Shown here in pieces: positions 55,499 through 64,000 of a stretch of 64,000 bases of DNA. The first letter of the stretch is position 1. Every line of letters begins with the position of its first letter. The position numbers and the translations under genes were made by a program. Origin of the DNA: Corallochytrium limacisporum Hawaii (Eukaryota; Protista; Pluriformea); NCBI GenBank assembly GCA_002811645.1, contig PDIP01000063.1, positions 135,431-199,430 on the forward strand, in the 5' to 3' direction. Under the pieces are notes generated by a model. It saw nothing but the letters and a program-made list of their open reading frames with translations, made no database searches and was not told the DNA's origin.

Positions 55499-57046
55499 AT
55501 GAGCATGTTCCGGCCCCTCCCCGGGCCAACAGCCACAATTGGCTCGGTGATATTTACCGGAGTTGTTGCGCTCGAATGGACAATTCTCTTCATCACCGTC
55601 CGTCCACCCCGCAACCAGAAAGCTATGACAGTGATATATTGGATCATTGGCTACATTCACAGCGAACTGCACGTTTTCGTGATTCCGCTCAAGCTGATCA
55701 CTCTCTTTATTGGCCTTGGTCTGGGCGTAGCAGGAGCGTCCAAGGTCGGATGGATAGCGTCATGGCTTCAAGTCGCGTCGATCCTGACGTCCGTCGGTCT
55801 TTGGCTTCAAGGACTGCGTGCCCACCGCGCGGCTGCCAGACTTGCGGACACAATGTCCGAACACTACGACCTGGACATCCCCAGGACACCTTGGGAGAAT
55901 ATCAAGCAATGGTTTAAATTCCCTGTACCAAACCGCAAGCCGCACCTTAAGCGTCACCGTGACATCATCTACCTAACCCAGAAGGAGCTAGAGGAGCACG
56001 AACACAAGCCACTGAAGGCCTTCCAACTTGATCTATTCCACCTTCGCGACGGAGAAGTGAGCCAGTACACACGATCTAGCCCGGTGCAGACCACTGCAGG
56101 TCAACAGACGCACGGTAAAGGTCGACCCATCCTCATGTTCATTCACGGAGGGGCCTGGATCAGTGGCACCAAGGACTTCCACTCCCTTCCCCATCTCTAT
56201 TCCATGGCAGAGGAAGGATGGCTGGTAGCAACTGTGAACTATCGTCTTGCACCCAAGTACAAGTATCCAGCGCACCTGATTGACTGCAAGCGTGCTCTGC
56301 GTTGGATCAAGGAACATGCGCGCGAATACGGGGGCGATCCGGACTTTATCTGCGTCTCAGGTGGCTCCGCGGGCGGCCACCTGGCGTCGATGATGGCTGT
56401 AAGTGCTAACGACCCCGCATATCAACCCGGTTTTGAGAATGTGGACACCACCGTGCGTGCGTGTGTGGCTTGGTACCCAGTCATGGACGTGACCCATTCG
56501 TTGCCTGAGCTCTGGCCCACAGATATCAGTCGCTTCTGGTCCAAGGTGGTTATGGGCAAGGATCCCAAAAACGACCACGAAGCCTTCGTCCGTGCAAGTC
56601 CTCGTCATTTACTACATCCAGACGTTCCGCCCATGCTGGTGCTGGCGGGTGACAATGACAACTTGGTGCCGGTCGAGCACTTGCGAGAGTTCGTTGGCGC
56701 GTACAATGGCATTGCACGCCAGCCGTTGCTTTACTACGAACTTGAGGGTGCACATCACGCTTGGGACGCCTTAGACGGCCCTCGGACATTCTACTCGAAT
56801 CTGGTTGTGGCCGGGTTCTTGCGAACGATCCACATGGCCTATATCAGTCAGTCGATCACGGATCCAAACTCTCTGGCTGGTGTTCCGCGGTACCGCAGAG
56901 AGAGCAACCGCAGGCACAGTGAGCTCGAAAAAGGCGAACAGGATGACGATTTGGGCGAGCCCTCGAATTCGAAGAAGAGGCTCAGTGATGGCGCTGAATG
57001 GGATACTATTGCAGAGAATGATGAGGACAAGGCTTTGCTTTCATAA
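55499..57046 (+). CDS. HSL-family alpha/beta hydrolase (carboxylesterase/lipase) with N-terminal membrane segments
   Basis: IHGGAW, NYRLAP, YGGDPDFI.VSGGSAGGHLA, GDNDNLVP and GAHHAWD; hydrophobic region over about aa 10-105. Confidence 0.9.
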   Translation: MSMFRPLPGPTATIGSVIFTGVVALEWTILFITVRPPRNQKAMTVIYWIIGYIHSELHVFVIPLKLITLFIGLGLGVAGASKVGWIASWLQVASILTSVGLWLQGLRAHRAAARLADTMSEHYDLDIPRTPWENIKQWFKFPVPNRKPHLKRHRDIIYLTQKELEEHEHKPLKAFQLDLFHLRDGEVSQYTRSSPVQTTAGQQTHGKGRPILMFIHGGAWISGTKDFHSLPHLYSMAEEGWLVATVNYRLAPKYKYPAHLIDCKRALRWIKEHAREYGGDPDFICVSGGSAGGHLASMMAVSANDPAYQPGFENVDTTVRACVAWYPVMDVTHSLPELWPTDISRFWSKVVMGKDPKNDHEAFVRASPRHLLHPDVPPMLVLAGDNDNLVPVEHLREFVGAYNGIARQPLLYYELEGAHHAWDALDGPRTFYSNLVVAGFLRTIHMAYISQSITDPNSLAGVPRYRRESNRRHSELEKGEQDDDLGEPSNSKKRLSDGAEWDTIAENDEDKALLS

Positions 57047-57338
57047 ACGGGTGTGTTGCTGCAAAAACTTACCACTTCATAAAGTCATGACTAAAGTGTT
57101 TTTTCCCATTTCATTTGGAAAATAGTGTTCATAGAACCACAGGACTTGAGGAGCATTCGACAATCATCCTTTCACACCAGGATATGATAAACACAGGTAG
57201 AAAGATTTGTAATAGGAGCGGAATGTTTGATGTGCTTTGACTTCGCTTGCATGATAAATCGTGTACAAACCTTGGGCTGTGTCTCACGTCACATGAGCAC
57301 AGCCGGCATTCTTTTGTCTTCCGTTCCGACAATGACCA

Positions 57339-58406
57339 TTATTCATCGAAGACCAACGACTTTCTCCGCGGGATGGCAAGTTCATACTTGTCCTTGTGCT
57401 CATTGTAGAGGTCCCGGAGAGCGTTCATGTAAGTCTCTTGCAGTTCTGTAATCTCCGCCTGGGTGGGATCCAGTACCCGCTGCACCTTGATCGGCTTACC
57501 TACTACCACATGCACCGGACGGCGGTGTGGCAGTAGGCCATAACTGTACTGAAAAATGCCTCTACCCTTGATCAATGGCATGCTGACACTCATGGAATTC
57601 AGTGCCCGCCGCTGGAACTGGCGGAGCATCGACCCCTGCGGATTTGGCACCTGATCCCAAAGATCGTTCTCACCGAAGCCAAATACTGGCACTAGCGATG
57701 CACCAGTGATCAGTGCCATTTTGATGAACCCACGACGCCGCTTCAGGGTCAGTGCATAGGATCCCGGATGAGCCTCCAGTGCCTCGTTCGCGCCCCCGAC
57801 AACGATTAGAGCCGACCGCCCAGGCGGTCCTAGAAGCATGTTGCACAGGCTTTCCTTGCCGACGTGTGCCATGCCCAATCCCATAATGTACTCGCGGATT
57901 AGCGGAGTATTAAAGTTAACGCTAAGGGTACAGGGGCTGATCTCCAGTCCGGGATATACCTCGGAAATATTGTTTGCTTCGGTGCCGAAGTTGATAAAGG
58001 CGCCGACGCCGATCACGCCGTGGGGATGGTACGCGAAGAGATAGTTACCCCTGGGATCGAGTTCGGCTGTCTTGTGTAGGTGAACAGGAAAGTAGTCGCG
58101 CATCCACCGGTGCATAGGAAGCCGACGGAGGAAGTCACGGCGACGTCCGATACCATTCTGAGGAGTGTCACTGTCCGCGAAATAGAACCATAGCAAGTAC
58201 GGGATCATGACGGGTTGCAAATATTCGTTGAACAAAGAATAGATTACAATGACGTAGCAAATAAGGGGGAACATTATGAACCAGAGCACACCAAGTGTCT
58301 GCAGGCGGCGTTCCAGGGGCAGATTCAGCGGTGCAAATTCGACTGGAACTTTGAATGTCTTTGATCCCTTAGCAGGGGCAGCTTCTTGCTTACCCTTACC
58401 CGACAT
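57339..58406 (-). CDS. DGAT2: Diacylglycerol O-acyltransferase 2 / MOGAT family
   Basis: FAPLNLPLERRLQT, DYFP, YHPHG, VVGGANEAL, RRGFIKMAL..GASLVPVFGFGEND and VVGKPI. Confidence 0.92.
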   Translation of the reverse strand: MSGKGKQEAAPAKGSKTFKVPVEFAPLNLPLERRLQTLGVLWFIMFPLICYVIVIYSLFNEYLQPVMIPYLLWFYFADSDTPQNGIGRRRDFLRRLPMHRWMRDYFPVHLHKTAELDPRGNYLFAYHPHGVIGVGAFINFGTEANNISEVYPGLEISPCTLSVNFNTPLIREYIMGLGMAHVGKESLCNMLLGPPGRSALIVVGGANEALEAHPGSYALTLKRRRGFIKMALITGASLVPVFGFGENDLWDQVPNPQGSMLRQFQRRALNSMSVSMPLIKGRGIFQYSYGLLPHRRPVHVVVGKPIKVQRVLDPTQAEITELQETYMNALRDLYNEHKDKYELAIPRRKSLVFDE

Positions 58407-59088
58407 GGTTTTCTGATTTGCTAAATAAGCTTTCTGTGCTGCTATTGTTTGGTAGATTAACGGCCAGTTCTAGCTTGCTGACAGTGTCCCGAAAGAGTAT
58501 CACCCAGAAAGTTGCATTCGGACAAACCCTTTCCTGCCGTTTCGAGATGTTTCCGGCTAGAGCAAAGCACGGTTACGTCAGAGACACGTTCCTTTTTCAG
58601 TCTTCAACTGAGTGACCAGAACGTTTATCAGCTCATTAATGAGAAACCCGTGCATAGAGGTGCTGTTCCTGGCCGACGATTCCAATATCTTTCCAAATCA
58701 GCCAGTGTCACTGAGTTGTCTATGAGTAACTATGCGCGTAGGACAATGACTGCTGTCACAAAGGAACCTCAAATACCAAACGATTCCAAGATCGGTGGAG
58801 ACTTAAACAAAAGGTAGCAACGAAGGAATTCAATTTAAAGACTGTTTAAAAACATTGGGTTGTTCGGCCCGCGTGTGTTGGGTCTGTGCACGTTCAGCCC
58901 GAACGCACACCACACCATAAAATGTTGGTCGCCCCGTGTCCAGTCAGTCACTCGGTACAGTCGGGTCCATTGTGTACGGGCCTGCAAAGTCTGAACGGTT
59001 CCGAGCGGGTTCTTTTCTCCCGCTGCGCAGTTGGTAACAGTTGTGTTGCGTTTAACGCTGCTCCCCCTCCCCTTTTGCCCACACACAC

Positions 59089-61362
59089 ACAACAGTGAGA
59101 GGCGGCGGGTGTGTGTGTGTGTGTGTGTGTGTTGTGCGCGTGAGAGAAGGGAGGCGCTAATCTACCACACTCGGCAGGCAAGCAAGCACTCCAACGGAGC
59201 GGGGCCGAGCGTTGAGTCGTTCAGTCGTTTCGTCGTCCTTTTCCGTGGTGTGATCGTTCAAAACCCAATAAAAAAATACCAAGGTCAAAATCAAAAACTC
59301 GCCCCCCCCCGGGGGGCCGGGGGGGGGGGGGGGGGGGGTGTCGGGCAGCGATGGCGAGCCCCCATTACCCCCCACTCCCTGACCTCCTCGGTTGCCCACC
59401 AGCGAGGGACAAGAACACTACTTTAGCAGCCGAGTCGTGTGTACACACCCACACCCACAACAACAGCAGCACACACCCCCCCTCCCCCGCGGGGGGGGGA
59501 CCCGACCGGAGCTAAAATTTTCCCCCTTAAAAGCTTGGTACATTTTCGCCCACGGTTGCCAAGAACAAGAATAAGAAATCGGGGAAAATTCCACTGCCTG
59601 ACACCGGGGGAGGGGTTCGGGCCAGTGTTTAGATTGAATAGATTTCCGATACCCGACGATTGATGATGACTCTTTGTTCATCATCGGGGGCTGCATGGCA
59701 AGTTTTGTTTTGTGTTGTGTTTGCACCGTTACGTAGGTGTTGTTGTGCATGGCCCCGGGCGGGTGCTCAAAGAAGGGTACCATGTTGGTATGACCTTGAG
59801 TGCCTTTACGTGATGGAAATGCCTCCCACTCTATCTATCGCCTTTCTTGCCCTGCATCGTTCACCTCGCCGATAAAAAAAATGCCTTGCCTTCATCACCG
59901 GGGGCACAGAGAGAGAGAGTGTGTGAGAGAGAGAGGTACGAGGACGAGGGTGTGTGTGTGTGTGTCTGTTCTGTCTCTCTCTCTTTCTTTTTTTGTTTTC
60001 CTTTATGGCTCTCTGTGTGTGTCGGAGTGTATTACGGCGGATATTAGCCATCGATGCTCGTTTGGGGCCAGGGAACCCTTTGTTTTTTTTCCTCTTCTTT
60101 TGTGTTCTTTTGGAGACTTGCTTTGCAACACGCACACACCCACCCCAGGCTTTTCTGTGGTGGGGTGGGAGCCCTTTGGAGGGGTTTTCCTCTCTCTCTC
60201 TCTCTCTTTTTTTCTTTTTCTAGTGTCTTCCGGTTTTTTTTTTCTTTTATAATTGTTAGAAAAAGGGAGTCCCGTCCGTACTGTCCCGTGCGTCCATGCG
60301 TTTGGTTCGTTGCACGCAGTACGGAGACACGCCCCCCCCCCCCCCCCCTCCCTTCCCCTCCCTTCCTTTCCTTAGCGTGTTCAGAGGGGGGAAAATGTTA
60401 ATTGTTTCACAACAGCAAATGAGACGGGGTCTGCCATCAGGAGAGTAGGCAAAGACTAAAACTCAACTCTCGCCCCGGGGGGAGGGGGGGGGGAGGTTGA
60501 CGGGACACCCGGACGGATGATCGAACGGGAGTCCTTATTCAAGCAAGTCTCTCTCTGTGTGTGTGTGTGTCTGTTTAGCTGGTCACAGGGCAGTAGTAGA
60601 CACATCGGGAAAACAAGACAAAATGAAAAAAGAAATAGAGGGAAGAAACGGTGGAGGGAAATGTCAAAATTTAAGAACAAGAATACCAAACTTAAGCACG
60701 TTCACTATGGGGACCAAGAAATCCCAACCTCGCACATTCTTTCTTTTTTCCTGTCCTCCACCCACCCCCCCCCCTCCTCCTCCTACTTTTTTCATTGCTC
60801 TCCGTGTTTGGCCCGTGTTTCCCCTTTGGGGAGACCCGGCAAGGGGGTTGGGGGGACTAGGAGAAGGGGTAGACCGGGGAGGAGGAGGGAGGGGAACGGT
60901 TGCTTTGTTTACCCACAGTGAGCGTACCCGCGAGTGCCGGACGGCAGGGAGGGGTGGTAGAACGGGCGGGGTTGGGGGGGGGGGGGGGGGGGTTTTTTTT
61001 TTTTTTTTTNNNNNNNNNNNNNNNNNNNNNNNNNNNNNNNNNNNNNNNNNNNNNNNNNNNNNNNNNNNNNNNNNNNNNNNNNNNNNNNNNNNNNNNNNNN
61101 NNNNNNNNNNNNNNNNNNNNNNNNNNNNNNNNNNNNNNNNNNNNNNNNNNNNNNNNNNNNNNNNNNNNNNNNNNNNNNNNNNNNNNNNNNNNNNNNNNNN
61201 NNNNNNNNNNNGGGGGGGTTAGGTTTTTTCTTTTTCTTTTTCACGGTGTTTTTTTCTTATAATTCGTGCCCAGCGACCGGGACGAGTAGTGGGGCTTTGG
61301 GGCTCAGGGAGAGGGAGAGAGAGAGCGAGAGAGCGAGAGAGCGAGAGAGCGAGAGAGCGAGA
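59089..61362. repeat. Low-complexity non-coding region: (GT)12 at 59109, G/C homopolymers, GA/CT/T tracts, about five GAGAGAGC units near 61320; includes gap 61010-61211
   Basis: Direct reading. Confidence 0.85.
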
Positions 61363-61631
61363 TGAACGGAGTAAACAGGGGCGTGGTAGGGGTGATGATG
61401 ATGTGTGTGTGCAACGGGCGAGAACGGGACGCGGACGATGGAGACAAGGAACAATCACTATGATTAGATTACATATTGTGATTTATTTGTAGACGGTTAT
61501 AAATCCATATTAAATCCATAAGATTCGTAGACCGGTGTTGCATGCACGTTGACTATGTTTGATTAATGGGCGAAATCGACCAATCTCCGCATTCACACTG
61601 TTCAGGCAGGGGGGGGGTGTTGACGGATCTG

Positions 61632-62477
61632 CTACGCTTTCAATGCCTGCGCATGGTGTTTGACGTGATCTGGGATGAACGTGGCAATAAAATAGTAGCT
61701 GTGATCGTAGCCGTCCTGCATGCGTAGCACCAGGGGAACATTGGCCTCTTTGCAAGCATTCTGGAAGTTCTCAGGCAACAGCTGCTTTTGAATGTAGAAG
61801 TTATCTGCCGTGCCCTGATCGATCAAAATAGACAAAGAGGGACCGTCATAGCTCTTCACCAGCTCAGTAGCATCATACTGCTTCCATGCTTCCTTGTCTT
61901 CGTCCCCAAGATATCCACTGAATGCCTTCTGGCCCCACGGACAATTGATAGGGTTGCAGATTGGACTGAATGCGCTGACAAATTTATACATACCGGGATT
62001 CTTCAGGGCAATGGTGAGAGCTCCGTGTCCACCCATGGAGTGTCCTGTGATGGAGATCCGTTCACCATCGATAGGCAGGCTAGCATTGACCAGCTCTGGG
62101 AGCTCCCTGGTGATGTAGTCGTACATGTTGTAGTTCTTCTTCCACGGCTCCTCCGTGGCGTTGAGATAGAAGCCGGCACCGCTGCCAAAATCATAGGCTT
62201 CGTGCTCTCCGGGCAGATCGGTGCCACGAGGGCTGGTGTCGGGCACGATCAAGGCAATACCCTCCTCACTGGCATACTTCTGAGCGCCACCCTTGGTTAT
62301 GAAGTTCTGATCCGTGCAGGTGAGGCCCGAGAGATAATAGATGGCCGGCACTTTACCGGACTCGGCTGCTGGAGGCAGATGTACACTAAAGACCATCTCA
62401 CAGTCGAGGACGGTAGATTTGTGCTTGAACTGCTTGGTGTAGCCACCGAAGGCTTTGACGGAACTGACTTCCTCCAT
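61632..62477 (-). CDS. ESD: S-formylglutathione hydrolase (esterase D)
   Basis: [37 protein letters not shown] and GYDHSYYFI. Confidence 0.97.
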   Translation of the reverse strand: MEEVSSVKAFGGYTKQFKHKSTVLDCEMVFSVHLPPAAESGKVPAIYYLSGLTCTDQNFITKGGAQKYASEEGIALIVPDTSPRGTDLPGEHEAYDFGSGAGFYLNATEEPWKKNYNMYDYITRELPELVNASLPIDGERISITGHSMGGHGALTIALKNPGMYKFVSAFSPICNPINCPWGQKAFSGYLGDEDKEAWKQYDATELVKSYDGPSLSILIDQGTADNFYIQKQLLPENFQNACKEANVPLVLRMQDGYDHSYYFIATFIPDHVKHHAQALKA

Positions 62478-63126
62478 TTTGCTTCGGTATGAATTCTTTC
62501 TATTGAACCTAGAGTTCCTTTGTTATGTGTGCCGGTTCGCACTGGGCTTCGATTGTGTGTCGATGGCACTCGGTTTGAAATAGACCGGGGTAGCCATACA
62601 ATGGATACATAAGACAGCAAGTACGAAACAATGCCATTTGAATCGAGAATGTCTGCCGCGTTATGTAACACACGCTGTGCCGGTGGTGGTGTGTCTCCTC
62701 CGCATCCAGCTCCGATGATTTGGCATTGTCCGCCTTTCGCCACCAGCTCCGAAGTCAAAGGGAACAAAGACAAAACACCGGCCCGAAGAAAAAGACCCGG
62801 GGAAAGGGGGGCGGGGGACGATAAAGAAATTGGTCGTAATTCGCTTTAATTTCAGTCATATTTTTTAAAGATGGTGTGGATATTGTAACTTGCCCCAGTG
62901 TTAGTGGGTGCTCTTATGGTGGGTGTTTGGTTATGGTTGTTGAAGAAAGGGCTGAGCAACGGGGGTCGCTCCAGAGTGATGTAACGACACCAAGGCGGGG
63001 CACATCTCATGGTTCTTTTTTCTTTTTTCTGTTTGGGTCTTTGTGGGTGCGTGTGGTTGTGATGAAATGAGGGAATAGAAGGTGGATGGTGGTTGATGAT
63101 GATGGAGTTGTTTGGCGTGCTGTTCT

Positions 63127-64000
63127 CTACACTTTCAGATGCTGACGGGCCGAACCCCAGGCACGGTGGTCACGCAGGTATTGGTTCAAGGCGCGGACCC
63201 ACTGATTGCGCTCTTTGTTACTGGAAGCGCTGAAGTAAACCTCACGGTCTGCATTCTTCAGGTCACGGAGCACAAACGAGTACATGCGGGCGCACTCTCC
63301 GCTCTTGCATTTGTGCACACTGTCCGTGGCAATGGACATGCCGTCGAAGATGGAATCATGCGTTTCAAAGTGGAATGCATTGCTCGGACCCTGGTGTTCC
63401 ACAGGGGACACGGTTAGACCGTTCTGACGGTCCAGTCGTGCGTTCATGATAGCCCAGATCTGGCGACCGTCCTCGACATGCATGTCGAGGTAGCCATCGA
63501 TGACGGACTGGTCTTTATCCAGATTGCCCTCAACAACGGTTCCGAGCTTCATGCGACATTCTCCGGTAATGATACCACGATGTTTCCATTCCTTGACAGA
63601 GATAAGGCACTGGGCCTGGTGACCGTTGCCGTGTAGATAATGTCCGAGCATGTCACGCACGCTAACATCCTTTTCGGCAATCTTAATGCTGCCCCGTGGA
63701 AGGGCGGGTACGGACGGAGGCGCGTTCTTGTAGTCAGCATCACCGTCGTGAGCGTGGTGAGACGTATCACGCAAAGGCTGCACAGGGGCAGGCTCCAGCA
63801 GGTGGATCACGAAGGAAAAGCGGGAGGTTGGTTTAACTCCAGAGAATTCCAGTTCTTCCGGTAGAACAATCTCCGTAATTCCGTTGACGTTGGAGAAAAC
63901 GTTGCGAGAGTAGGCCTGTGTGCGCTTGGTCACGGTCGTGGCGCTATTCTCGGGATCCTCTTCCATGGCATCATAGCAGCATAACTCAACAAACAATTCA
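63127..64000 (-). CDS. Anillin/rhotekin-like protein, partial (C2-like anillin-homology region + C-terminal PH domain); 5' end beyond window
   Basis: Frame is open to the right edge. The PH C-terminus ECARMYSF...FSASSNKERNQWVRALNQYLRDHRAW resembles anillin (CARRNTF...SADTKEERDLW..KLNQVL.DIRLW). Confidence 0.65.
   Translation of the reverse strand, partial: ELFVELCCYDAMEEDPENSATTVTKRTQAYSRNVFSNVNGITEIVLPEELEFSGVKPTSRFSFVIHLLEPAPVQPLRDTSHHAHDGDADYKNAPPSVPALPRGSIKIAEKDVSVRDMLGHYLHGNGHQAQCLISVKEWKHRGIITGECRMKLGTVVEGNLDKDQSVIDGYLDMHVEDGRQIWAIMNARLDRQNGLTVSPVEHQGPSNAFHFETHDSIFDGMSIATDSVHKCKSGECARMYSFVLRDLKNADREVYFSASSNKERNQWVRALNQYLRDHRAWGSARQHLKV

Noticed and set aside
61788-62492. Long antisense ORFs over ESD (similar ones over LYS2, WDR90, TRM1, CSN5, LARS2 and WRAP73)
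   Set aside because: Expected from codon bias of the sense gene; no motifs.

Overview
Eukaryotic nuclear scaffold segment with three assembly gaps. It holds 18 protein-coding genes, all apparently intronless; two are cut by the window edges. In order: a CRTC/TORC-like coactivator ORF running off the left edge (absent from the ORF track), a ~14.7 kb ORF-poor interval, LYS2-type alpha-aminoadipate reductase, a DH-only RhoGEF, a Myb-less RAP1/TERF2IP, WDR90, an HLD-I haloalkane dehalogenase, OGG1, a dienelactone hydrolase, a twin-CX9C protein, an INO80E/TFPT-like protein, syntaxin-16, TRM1, CSN5, mitochondrial LeuRS, an orphan 573-aa protein, WRAP73, an actinobacterial-like HSL-family esterase, DGAT2, S-formylglutathione hydrolase and a partial anillin/rhotekin-like gene (20 CDS calls in total; the count of 18 excludes the two partial edge genes). 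Fungal-type LYS2, animal-type regulators, centriole genes and the lack of introns together suggest a unicellular holozoan such as Corallochytrium (inference, not verified). Top leads are the CRTC CREB-binding motif in a probable non-animal, RAP1 without a Myb domain, a membrane-anchored eukaryotic HLD-I, centriole genes, the gene desert with its ACACTC motif cluster, and poly-C/poly-G dyads confined to upstream regions. No tRNA, rRNA, CRISPR array or transposon was recognised. All family assignments come from motif recognition by eye.
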